This document shows, in pieces, positions 38,501 through 48,518 of a stretch of DNA of 64,000 nucleotides. The DNA is taken from contig JAYWIR010000025.1 of the NCBI GenBank assembly GCA_036172245.1, positions 1,364,001 to 1,428,000 of the forward strand. Direction: 5' to 3'. A program made the position numbers and the translations under genes. How positions within the stretch are numbered: position 1 is the first letter of the stretch; each line of letters begins with the position of its first letter. The notes under the pieces are model-generated. The model searched no databases, was not told where the DNA came from, and saw nothing but the letters and a program-made list of their open reading frames with translations. The stretch comes from Raillietiella orientalis (lineage: Eukaryota).

Positions 38501-41500
38501 TATTTCCATGGAAATCATCGGCATCTTCAAATAACTGCTTTTTCTGGAATGAAAGAACCATCATTATTTGATCTCCTCGAAGTAGATGTGTTTACAACGC
38601 GATAAATCCCATGCGTCCATGTCATTGAACAGATGAAAGAAATAAATGACTTCTTGTTCATTTTTAATCCTAGTTGATGGAGCAACTGGACGACAGGAGA
38701 TAGCTATTTCATAAAAGCAAGACTCCTACCAAAGTCCAGAAAATCTCATGCTCCAAAATGGGATGCTCTCCTTAATTAAAAATTCCTCCGAGCTTGCGCA
38801 CAATGACTAACTTCACATTCATCATCATTGCTTCTTCTTCATCAATGCAGTGATTCAAATCCAGTATTCAACTTTGCGAATCTTCGACCTCGTTTCCAGG
38901 GGTTTCACTCTGCAAGCTTAGAAGATTGCTCCATGGCTCCATGATAGACTCGTGCTTAGCATCCGACAGATTTGTAGCAAATTCATAGTTAATAGTTAGT
39001 AACAGTGAACTAATCAAGTCAGTTCCAATACAAAAATATCCTACATAAATTTCAGATTCAAATACGAGCTTTTTGCGGGAAAATATGTACACATCTCATC
39101 ATTTTAAGGAATTACGAAAGAGAACTTGAAATGTGACGAAACAAAACTTTATAGAAATCGGGACTTTCCTTTGACCGACCCTTTTCTTCGATTCTGTCAT
39201 TCTACTGGTTTTCTAGGTTTGGCACAGTTCATCAGCGCCTCTATGGAGAGTACTTTCACTTTCATTTCACCCTGGTCGTATTCTTCCCTCCCAACTATTT
39301 CCCTACGGATGCGTGCGACATAAGCTCCCCGGCCCTAGCCATCCTTCTGAACTTTCTTCAACACTGGAGATGCTTTTGATTTTTTTCTTCCTAACTTACT
39401 TTGCAGCTCACTGGACGAGTCTTCCGGTGCAAGAATTCGTCTGAAGATACCAAGAGTTCACAGAAGCAGTAAGAGCAAATCTTCAAGACCATTTGTCGAT
39501 TCGACTTGAGCATCTAGTCAGCTTGCTGGATGGTACCCTCTATGCAAAGATTTTGTTTTTAATTCTTACTTCTCATAATTGAATATATATATATATATCA
39601 TTGCTTATCTAGAGGATATGTCGTACCTGAGCTGTTGAATAGTGAGTTCAAGCATGCACTCATACGTCTCATTCACCTGATATCAGCGGGTCTTTACTCT
39701 TATGCATCTGGAAAAGTGGTGATGTTGAGAACATATTTAAATTTTCTGTGTGGCTGTTGTTAGCGAACATTTCGACAACTAAAGCTCGAACTGAGCCGTA
39801 GACATCATAATTATGTAATGTCACAATTTGTCATACGTGATCATGTGGACACATGCTTATAAATTGCTTCAGAGTTTCTTCTTCGTACTAAAAGAGTTGA
39901 AAAATTAGTCTAGCCTTCATCTGTGAGCCATTCCATCTTATCTTTTGAGATTTTCTCCTTCACCCATTTGCCATCTTTGAGCACGAAACTTTTAATTGGA
40001 ATTTTCCCATAAATTCGCATCTCTTAATATCCACAGTAAGCCCGAAATCCCTCTTCCACCAGCAAAATCGAGAATTTCATTAAAAGACACTCTCTTCATC
40101 GGCGCTTCTCATTTAGAGTTAATTTTATTTTCGTTTATTAATTCTTCACTTATTAATACTCTCTAAATTAAAAGGATTTAACATCATCTGACTGCAGCAC
40201 CCTGTTAAGATACCATCGTCAGCCAAAACTATACCTACAGTGGTTAGGAAGGAATTGATCTTGAAAAGAGGAAAGTGTGAACGATTCCTCATCCCAGTAG
40301 CTTTCTGTGAGAACAACACGAGAAGTGTACATCCCTATCGCTATGAAATTTAATATATGATTCCAAAGTTTCATGAAGGTCAAAATAAACTCACACACAT
40401 GTTTGAATACAGATGTGTATACTGTATACGTATTTTCTTTTGTCTTGGAGCAATTGTGAAGCAGTGCATTTCTAAAATGGCTTCTTCGCTTTCTCCTTAA
40501 AAAAAAAGAACGCTAATTAGACAGTTGATTGAGAGGACTGGGAATCCATGAGAACGGATCTTCACATCATGAATTGCCATCGCCATTGCGGTCCTAAAAC
40601 TTCGAATCACAAGCGATGCAACATACAAAAATGATGTCTCCAGGCTCCTCAAGGTCTTTTTAATGATTCTTGAGTAATTTCGCGGAATCATCATAGCCAT
40701 AGGTGAAAAACAAAGGCAACAGCTCAAGGCACATGCCTTCATGTTTATAGCCTTGTTTGGCTCGACTTCCTGTTGCTCCTGAGCATTCTCCTTCTCTACA
40801 TTCTGCATCCTGAAATGAGCGCAAGCATGTACTGGTAAGTGAAACTAGGGTGGCAAGCTGCATAGATGGAATCGTGTCAGACCCCTTGCAGATCTGCAGA
40901 GTCCACACCGATCATGTCAGTGGTGGCAAAGCAATCCTCACGCCTGCGATGTTTTCCAGCAAAACCGCTTTTCGCGTGTTTTCTTTGATTCGAAAGATGG
41001 TGATCGGCACTCGCAAACTCTTTGGCGATCCACACGTCGAGAATTGGGAACTTCCAATTTCAGATTTGAAATTCCTCTGTATCTCCGCATCCGTTTACGA
41101 GAGGATTGTACGCCGCACTGATTTTAACAATCTTCTGGGAGCCTCCTGTTCTGTTCCCAAAACAGCTCCCAGGAAGCCCATGGGTGCGTATCACAAAGGA
41201 GCAAAGGTTTCGTGTGTGCATTTTTCATGTTTCTGTGGTCCCTTAGCGAACGACCGTTGAATTGCTCCCGACAGCCGCGCTTAGCGGCAACAGAGCACAG
41301 GATTATCTCTTTTAAAGACATTTCCACCTTTCCCTTGGAAGAAGAATGCGCCGTTCATAACTTTCATTAAAATTATGAACTCTAAAAATATTCCCGAGAT
41401 CATTAATGTGCTCGGCATCCCAGTTCTGACAGTAGGAAGTATCTTAATGTGAGACGATGCCACAAAGACCCAGAAGATTCCGTCGTAAACGTCATGCAGA

Positions 41501-42439
41501 ACTGTTTTCTGTTCTGAGAATAACAAGCCCGGGACTTGCTGGGACTCCCAGAGTTATGAGTTTCCAAGTTTTAATTTATATCCTTCAGCGACGCAGATTC
41601 AGAAGCGACTAATAAATTTCCAATCAGCTGTACGAAGCGGCGATGGACGTAGCAACAGACGACGTGCGCTTCTTCGCCCATAAAGTAGGGCTGGCCATTA
41701 AAATTCTCTGGAAGATGCAAATATCAAAGGCTTTGGTCTGAGAAAGAAAGATGTTTCGTGAGAGATGAAGGCTATGAAAATGTGGATTGAGGACGATGCC
41801 AGTGAAACAAGCACGTAGACGCATCGCGGAATCTGCCTCGAAACATCTGTATGTGCACAGAACACAACGCGGAGGTCCTTGAGATTTTCGGGATTGATGG
41901 ACGCGGCGTAGCAGGGCATGTCTGCTTTCTTAGCCACCATTCATGAGGAAGCTATGCTCCAGGGATTCCAGGAGTGACTGAGCTCAAGATGTAAACACCT
42001 CTGCAACGGAATGAATGACCAACTGGCGCGTTTCCCGAGATTTTTTCAGCATTTTTTCAACGTGGTCCATGCACACTGTGAAGACAGCACTCCTTTTTCA
42101 AAAAGGCTTTTTCTTTTTGGGTAATTTTTGCTCTGAATGACCACTGAGCCATGTCAGCTGCTTCCTAGAATTATCAATTCCTCCTATCCGTTATTTTGAA
42201 TACGATACTTTCAATATGATCATGAAATGATCATATTCAAAGTATCCGATGAGACGAGATGCCATCTGAAGATGAAATGATATTCATGTCCAGTCGGGAA
42301 GGATGTTTCCATATAACCTCACATAAGCAAAATTTCCAGTGTACAAGGCACATTTCAAAGGTAATGGCCGATCGGATGTAAAGAACGAATAAGAGAACCA
42401 AAAAAGTATCCGTGGTTCTAAGCACATGGCATCCCCATG

Positions 42440-42718
42440 TCATTTTTCTACTTAGTCCCCATTTTTCCCCAAACACGTTTGACCGCATGGAAGGAGTTTT
42501 TTTTCAACCCTCTGCATCGAATTCCGCCGCCTGGGCGTCCAGCCAGTTCAGCAGCACCGCAGTTTTCCACTCCCCACTTCCCCCTTCGAATCGCCGAGCC
42601 ACCTCTTTAGGTGCACGAAGACGTGGTAGTCACTGAGCGCGAGGTCAGGGCCGGGTGGTCAAAAACTTCATATTTGAATTTCCGAATTGTCTGGAATGTG
42701 CGGACAGCAGTGTGTGGG
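42440..42718 (-). pseudogene. Inverted duplicate of the mariner transposase 3' end (left arm of the fold-back)
   Basis: Reverse complement of 42877-43155 carrying the same frameshifts and stops. Confidence 0.88.
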
Positions 42719-43155
42719 ACCAAAAGGGTGTGCTTTCGGTGTACTTTGTGGAGCCTGGAACAACCATCATTTCGCAATTCTACTGTGTAGAGACTTTCAA
42801 CACGGCGGCGTGCCATTGAGAACCGACGTCGTGGAATGCTGACATCAGGAATTGGTCGCCCTCACGACAACGCGCGCCCACACGCTGCTGTCCGCACATT
42901 CCAGACAATTCGGAAATTCAAATATGAAGTTTTTGACCACCCGGCCCTGACCTCGCGCTCAGTGACTACCACGTCTTCGTGCACCTAAAGAGGTGGCTCG
43001 GCGATTCGAAGGGGGAAGTGGGGAGTGGAAAACTGCGGTGCTGCTGAACTGGCTGGACGCCCAGGCGGCGGAATTCGATGCAGAGGGTTGAAAAAAAACT
43101 CCTTCCATGCGGTCAAACGTGTTTGGGAAAAAATGGGGACTAAGTAGAAAAATGA
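42715..43155 (+). pseudogene. Mariner (Tc1/mariner superfamily, DD34D-type) transposase, C-terminal half, decayed
   Basis: Across frameshifts it reads WDQKGVLSVYFVEPGTTIISQFYC / RRAIENRRRGMLTSGIGRPHDNARPHAAVRTFQTIRKFKYEVFDHPA / PDLALSDYHVFVHLKRWL / RFE..KTAVLLNWLDAQAAEFDAEG* / CLGKNGD*VEK*. This matches the mariner HDNARPH, YSPDLAPSDY and GDYVEK motifs; the RRAI-NRRRGML segment resembles the irritans subfamily. Confidence 0.92.
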
Positions 43156-44747
43156 CATGGGGATGCCATGTGCTTAGAACCACGGATACTTTTTTGGTTC
43201 TCTTATTCGTTCTTTACATCCGATCGGCCATTACCTTTGAAATGTGCCTTTCAATATTCCATGCGTAGTATTCAGTGTTATTACTGTGATACTCCTTGAT
43301 ATTTTTGCTGTGAAGTCAAGGACGCATACCCGATAGTTTTGCTGCTTTCACCTTATTCTTAAAAAGATTTCGCAGTATTGAAAAAAGACAGTGGAGACCA
43401 CCACCAAAGAAAGAAACGTGTTTCAAACGAAAAGAATACGATGCTCCTCTTGGAGAAGCGTTCCTGGGATGAGTAAGGACAGAAACGAACGAATTGCTTG
43501 TCCAGCACCACTAGGACATTTATTGCTCAGCAAACGGACAGCAAAACCACGCCATGAGAATGCTTTCTTTTGCAATTTTCCCCAAATGGAGAGGAGAATA
43601 GGGACTTGATGAATCTTTTCTTGAAACCGTGTATTGGTCCACTCGACCCGTTTTGCTTGCGTGCCTCCATTTTTTGGTGCTGTTAATGGACTTGGAAGCC
43701 ATATTTCCGCTCCCGAAAATTCATCGATTAATTAAACTACATGGAACGATTTAACTACTGCAAGCAGCTTACTGCCATCCTTTTTCGGTCATCCTTTTTT
43801 TCCCCCGCTGTTCTGCAACACTAGTGACTTCCTTTCTCTTTCTGGAAGAGCTCTCATCCTCTCCCATCTGCTCCGAATCCTTTGGAAATTCGCTTTCATC
43901 TTCCGTCGCACGAACTTTTCCCCTAGATACGGACTTTCTTCTAAAATAAGTTTCCTGAGCATGCAATTAATCACCCTGCCTGATTACGCACGTAAAGCAA
44001 CGAGTTTCTCGACTTGATTCTTTCGCTGCTGGGTCATCAAACTTTTTAAATGATTAATCAGGTTATTTGAAAATTGTTATCTTTAGGAAAGATCCGTCCG
44101 CGTCTTCGTTGCGGGTTCGTTTGAGGGCAAAAGTCCCCACCCGAGCTTTCATGTTCTTCCTTGGAAGAGATGGTTGCAGTTCACGAGCTTCGATTACCCG
44201 CAAAGTTTCGAGGACACGTGCGGATGAATTTATTGATCTATTGTCCTTATTTCTCCGAAACTCATAGAGTCGCGCTCCTCCCTGCTTTGCATTTTATCCG
44301 ATTCATTTCTGATCATCAGTCCTCTCAGTGTAACTGCTGGGAACCCCCATCAGTTCTTGTTGGTGTTTTGCTACTCGTCCTACAAAAAAAGCAAATCGTC
44401 TCTCTCCATCCCTACATCCCTCCTTGCAGCGAAGTGGGCGAACTTTTCCGAAACGCCCCAAGGGATCAAATAGAAATCATCAAATCAGGTTTTTCTTTTT
44501 CTTCCCAGGATGGCATTCCAAAAATCTCCTCAACTGACATCTGTAGCTTCCAAAGCACAATTTCCTCCTAAGAATTCCGTAAGCCTTGAGTGCGTGTCGG
44601 TGAACCCACTGCTCTCTTCTACCTCCTTGCAGCCACCTTTTGGCATTGCGAGCGTTGGATATCGCGCTGAAATGAATAACAGTGGCAAAGTTTTCCAATT
44701 AAAAGTACTCTGTGTTCAAGCAAACACCTCATGAATAGAGACTTCAT

Positions 44748-45450
44748 GCGTCGGAGGCCGTGTGGTTACGGTGGTCTCCGCGCGTGGCGCCACCATGCGT
44801 CGTGGGTTCGAATACTCCGAAGAAATCGACTCAGTGCGTCGTGGGTCCCGAGTTCAACCCACAAGATGACGCTGGTTGGCCTACATTTATCCGGGTGCGG
44901 CACTAGCAGCGGCTGAAACCGGATGCCCCCCGATGAGAGCCGGGACAAATGGGAGTCGACCTCCGGGTACTTACAGGAATCGAGGAGTGGGAGCTCCCCT
45001 CTGGTTGTGAAGGAGTGGACCCTCATTCCGGGGGGGCATCCACGTCGTACTGATGGAGTAGGTGTTCGCCACCACCTCTGCAGAGAGTGCAGAGAAGGAA
45101 CCGATCCCTTCGTGGAAGCTGCGTCCTTCTGAATTTCGGAAACATCCCTTCCGGGTTCTCTTCAGAGGAGTAAAAACAGGATGGGATCCCTTCCGAGTTC
45201 CCTTCAGAGAAGAGAAACTGGAGCGGACCCCTCCAGGGGTCTCTTCGGAGAGAATAAGAAAGATTTCCCTTCGGGATTCCCCTTCGGAGACAACCAGGGT
45301 GGAGGTGATCCCCATTTCCGGGGATCCCTCCTCAGGCGTGAGAGGAACGGACTCCGAGTCCTTCCTGGATTCATAGGAGGACTCCTCCCGGGGTACTCCC
45401 TATATTGAAGACTACTCACCCTCGGGTGGCGTGGAACCGTGTCGATAAAC
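44748..45450 (+). ncRNA. tRNA-headed, GC-rich structured Pol III-type element, copy B (SINE-like or multicopy ncRNA)
   Basis: Begins GCGTCGGAGGCCGTGTGGTTACGG...GGGTTCGAATACTCC and is colinear with the reverse complement of 6250-7028. Hairpins include CTC-TTCG-GAG and TCCC-TTCG-GGA. No TTTT until 45492-45495. Confidence 0.7.
44755..44815 (+). promoter_or_regulatory. Type-2 Pol III internal promoter of copy B (A box 44755-44765, B box 44805-44815)
   Basis: AGGCCGTGTGG and GGTTCGAATAC; the B box is identical to that of copy A. Confidence 0.65.
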
Positions 45451-46090
45451 TGCGAAGACAGAAAAGGATTTCCATCATCAAAAGGATTCCGTTTTACTTA
45501 ACGTTGTCTTACTTTACTTGGCGGTATTTACTTATACTTCTTTGGGTTCCATATTTTCCGCAGCCGCACACAATCTAATACACGAAACCAAATGAAATTA
45601 CACGTGCGTAATATGTATTGTAAGTTACCATTTCTCACGTATTATGTGTTAAGGACGGATGATTCGCATCAGCACCTTGCGACATCATCTCGTAACGTTC
45701 CATATAAAGAGAGCCTTGATTCTGGTGTATTTCTCTATTTGCATGTCACCATGCGTCTCCTGCTTCTCCCTGTGTTATTTCAGGCAGATATTTTTTGCAT
45801 TCACAATCTGCCTGCACCACTGATTTGTTTTGAGTCTCTAAGTCGCTTTCTGACTTTCCCTATTTTTCAAGGAATGAGCGCTTCCGTGGTGTAAAAGGCG
45901 CGTTTCGACTACTCTGGAAGAAGCTCTGAATGCATAAAACCACATGAAGGGACTCCGGACAAGTACCCGTTATCAATCATTACCGGAAGAAACAATAATG
46001 ACTGAGGAATCATTACCAGATTGCATAATAACAATCCTTAATGTGCAAGTTTTTCAAGAAGGCTGCTCTTTGGGAAATGTTAGAGTTGTT

Positions 46091-46126
46091 TTTATCTCTT
46101 ATCTCTTATCTCTTCTTATCTCTTAT
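46091..46126. repeat. Short (TTATCTC)n tandem repeat
   Basis: About 4-5 imperfect units read directly from the sequence. Confidence 0.7.
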
Positions 46127-48492
46127 TTTGAATAAGAATAGGGAATATTTTGGTTTATGTTAGGATACGGATATTTTTCCCTACAGAAGAACGGTCACCA
46201 ATGCTCTGCTTGCTTTGCATCTCCGTAACCTTAGAAACCTTCCATAAAAACGTCCACGAACTTCAGAAGCTTCGCACAAACCATGGAAACTTTCATTTCT
46301 AGGAAGTCTTAATTGAGATTTCCCTTATTGGAAAGGTGCGTTTCTACTTGGGGATAGAGCATCATCAAACTCATTGAAGCTGATGACTTGGTTTAAACTT
46401 TCCATTGATAGTTCGTTTTCCGTCCCACAAAGTCATATCCTATGTAGTTCGTGCGTTTGTAGTTCGAAAACTGAGATTATCTTGATCCCCATCCTATCCT
46501 CAGTTGCTGAGCTTGCCAGCAGAGCCTGCATTCCGAAACAGTTTGCTCTTTGAAGGCTGCGGACGAAGAGCTTTAAAGGGAAACAATTTTCCACATTCGA
46601 CATTTTCCCTTTGATGATTCTGCATCCTGAATTTTCACCATTTACCAAGCAGTTCCCTAAAAGCTTCACCTTCAACGCTGCTTTTTTTTTTTTTTTTTAT
46701 TCCCCTTGATTTCTGTCCTGAGTGTTCGATGCGAATTTTGCAAAATGTAGCCCGGAAGGTTTTTCGCAATTTTCGTTTGGACACTTTGGGAAGCGAGGTT
46801 TCCGCTTCCGGAGTCCCTGCATCGAAAAGCAAGAAACGAATTCGGAAAAGTACATAAGAGCACGCTGATAAAGTGTACGCAAACAGATGCTATTGGTGCG
46901 TGTATGTGTATTCATATGTGTACGTTCCACATGGTTCTGTTCCTACAGATCAGGAAACCCCCCCACTCAGCTTTCGTGTTGACATAAATACGGGATTTCA
47001 TGTTCCAGAGACTCTTGGAACTTCTACACGCACTCTTCTTGTCTGTGGTGCACCTTTGGGTATTTGGCGCGCCACATCAAAAGCTGTTTATCCCCTGCGA
47101 GTCCTTCTTTTCCTGTGTAATTTGATTTTCTTATCCATGTTTGGGTCTTGATCACTTCCTAACCCGGAGAATGCAGCTCCTTCGGACATTCATTTCAATA
47201 ACACGGTGTTTCTGTGTGTTCCATGCAAGCGCGCGTTGCTGTAACTTGGCAACAGGTCTTACGAACTTGTCAGATGACGTGCAGAGTGCTATCGATTTTC
47301 CGTTTCATGAGTTTCTGTCAGTGGACATTCTTCTGAATCGAAGGCTGAAAGGAAATGCTCCCACCGCTTTCCAATAGGAAAGGGAAGAACGGATTTCAAG
47401 TAGAAGTCGGACCAGGAACTTCTATCCCTTCAAGAGGCACACCGGGGTGTGCAAACCCAAAGTCACTGAAATTTTTTTTTTTTTCCCCGCTCAGGGTACC
47501 CTCTGCTGCTCACACGAATCATTCAAAGTTGGGTTCCATCTTTGTTTTTGGTTTTCCCAGAATAATACATTATCCTCTCGATTTCCTCCTTCATCACGAA
47601 GTGGCAAAGCAGTGATCATGCAGAATCCACGAGGATTTCGGAGAATTCCGTGGAATTCATTTTCTAGAAATCCTGCCGGTTCACCGTGGTTTCCGCTATT
47701 TAAGGCTCTTTCCAACCTGTTGGACTCTCAGTTTGCCAGCTTGGAGTTTACCACCAGTTTACCAGACTGGGAGAAAACTGCCTGAAGATCTCGCTTTTCC
47801 CTGAATCGAGGGGTGAGCTCGGCGGCCACGGTGTGAATACCTTTCGTGAGCTTTTCCTCACCACACTGTCTATGAGCTGGCTAGAGAAGCTGAGCTTTTT
47901 TTTTTTTTTCCTCTCAAAGAGGAATCGTGCTGACCACTGAAGGTGCAATGTCGAGACGGCCTCCATCGTTTCAGTATGGGGAAAGCCCAAGCGAGAGTTC
48001 TGAACAGTGAAGGAAATTATGGAAATCAGCAACCTCTCTTGCTGGCTCCTCCTTTCCAACATTGAGAGCAAATTTTGTAATCCAGGTGCACGAAAGTGAG
48101 CAAAACTCAGCTGGATGCCAATGATAGGTAGATATAGTTCTTCACTCGATGCCTGGGATTTTTTTTCAAACCGATCTCCCCTTCCACTATCAAGCCCTAA
48201 GGTCAGTTTGATGCCGGAGCAACAGAGTGAGCGCACACTTCTTGGACAAAATCGCGCGATCCTGCAAAACGCTGCTCGAATGCGTAAACACGGAGAGCAA
48301 CAGTTTGAGGAGCACCGTGGTAACTGCAAGAAACGCCCGCCTCGGAGCGAGAGGAGCGTGTTGCCAAGGAGAGGGAAAGAGCAAAGATGAATGGACTTTG
48401 GAAAGCATCGAGATATGATCAAGATGTGTTCCGCTGTGTGTTCGCAGAGTTCCTCGAACGTCCTGTCCCCCATTTTGATTGGGAGCAAAGAT

Positions 48493-48518
48493 ACACACAC
48501 ACACACACACACACACAC
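48493..48518. repeat. (AC)13 microsatellite
   Basis: Read directly from the sequence. Confidence 0.95.

Larger units (their letters stand above)
42344..43250. mobile_element. Non-autonomous mariner-derived fold-back element (MITE-like) with 374-bp inverted arms (42345-42718 / 42877-43250) and a 158-bp spacer
   Basis: Arms are reverse complements with 2 mismatches and no indels. The left end reads TA|CAAGGCACATTTCAAAGGTAATGGCCGA (TA target plus mariner-like TIR); the right end lacks the final G and TA. The interior encodes mariner transposase motifs. Confidence 0.92.

Noticed and set aside
42412..42636. Duplicated 74-aa ORF pair (with 42959..43183)
   Set aside because: These are antisense frames of the duplicated mariner arm, not a gene.
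44748..44825. Intact tRNA gene (also 6955-7028)
   Set aside because: A and B boxes are present, but the T stem and the 3' acceptor strand (would be CCGACGC) are missing, so no cloverleaf forms.
44875..44922. Twister-ribozyme-like string on the antisense strand (…TGCC…CCCGGATAAATG…; also 6860-6910)
   Set aside because: The conserved UAA, P2 and T2 elements are not jointly present in both copies, and G-U pairing patterns favour structure on the opposite (Pol III sense) strand.
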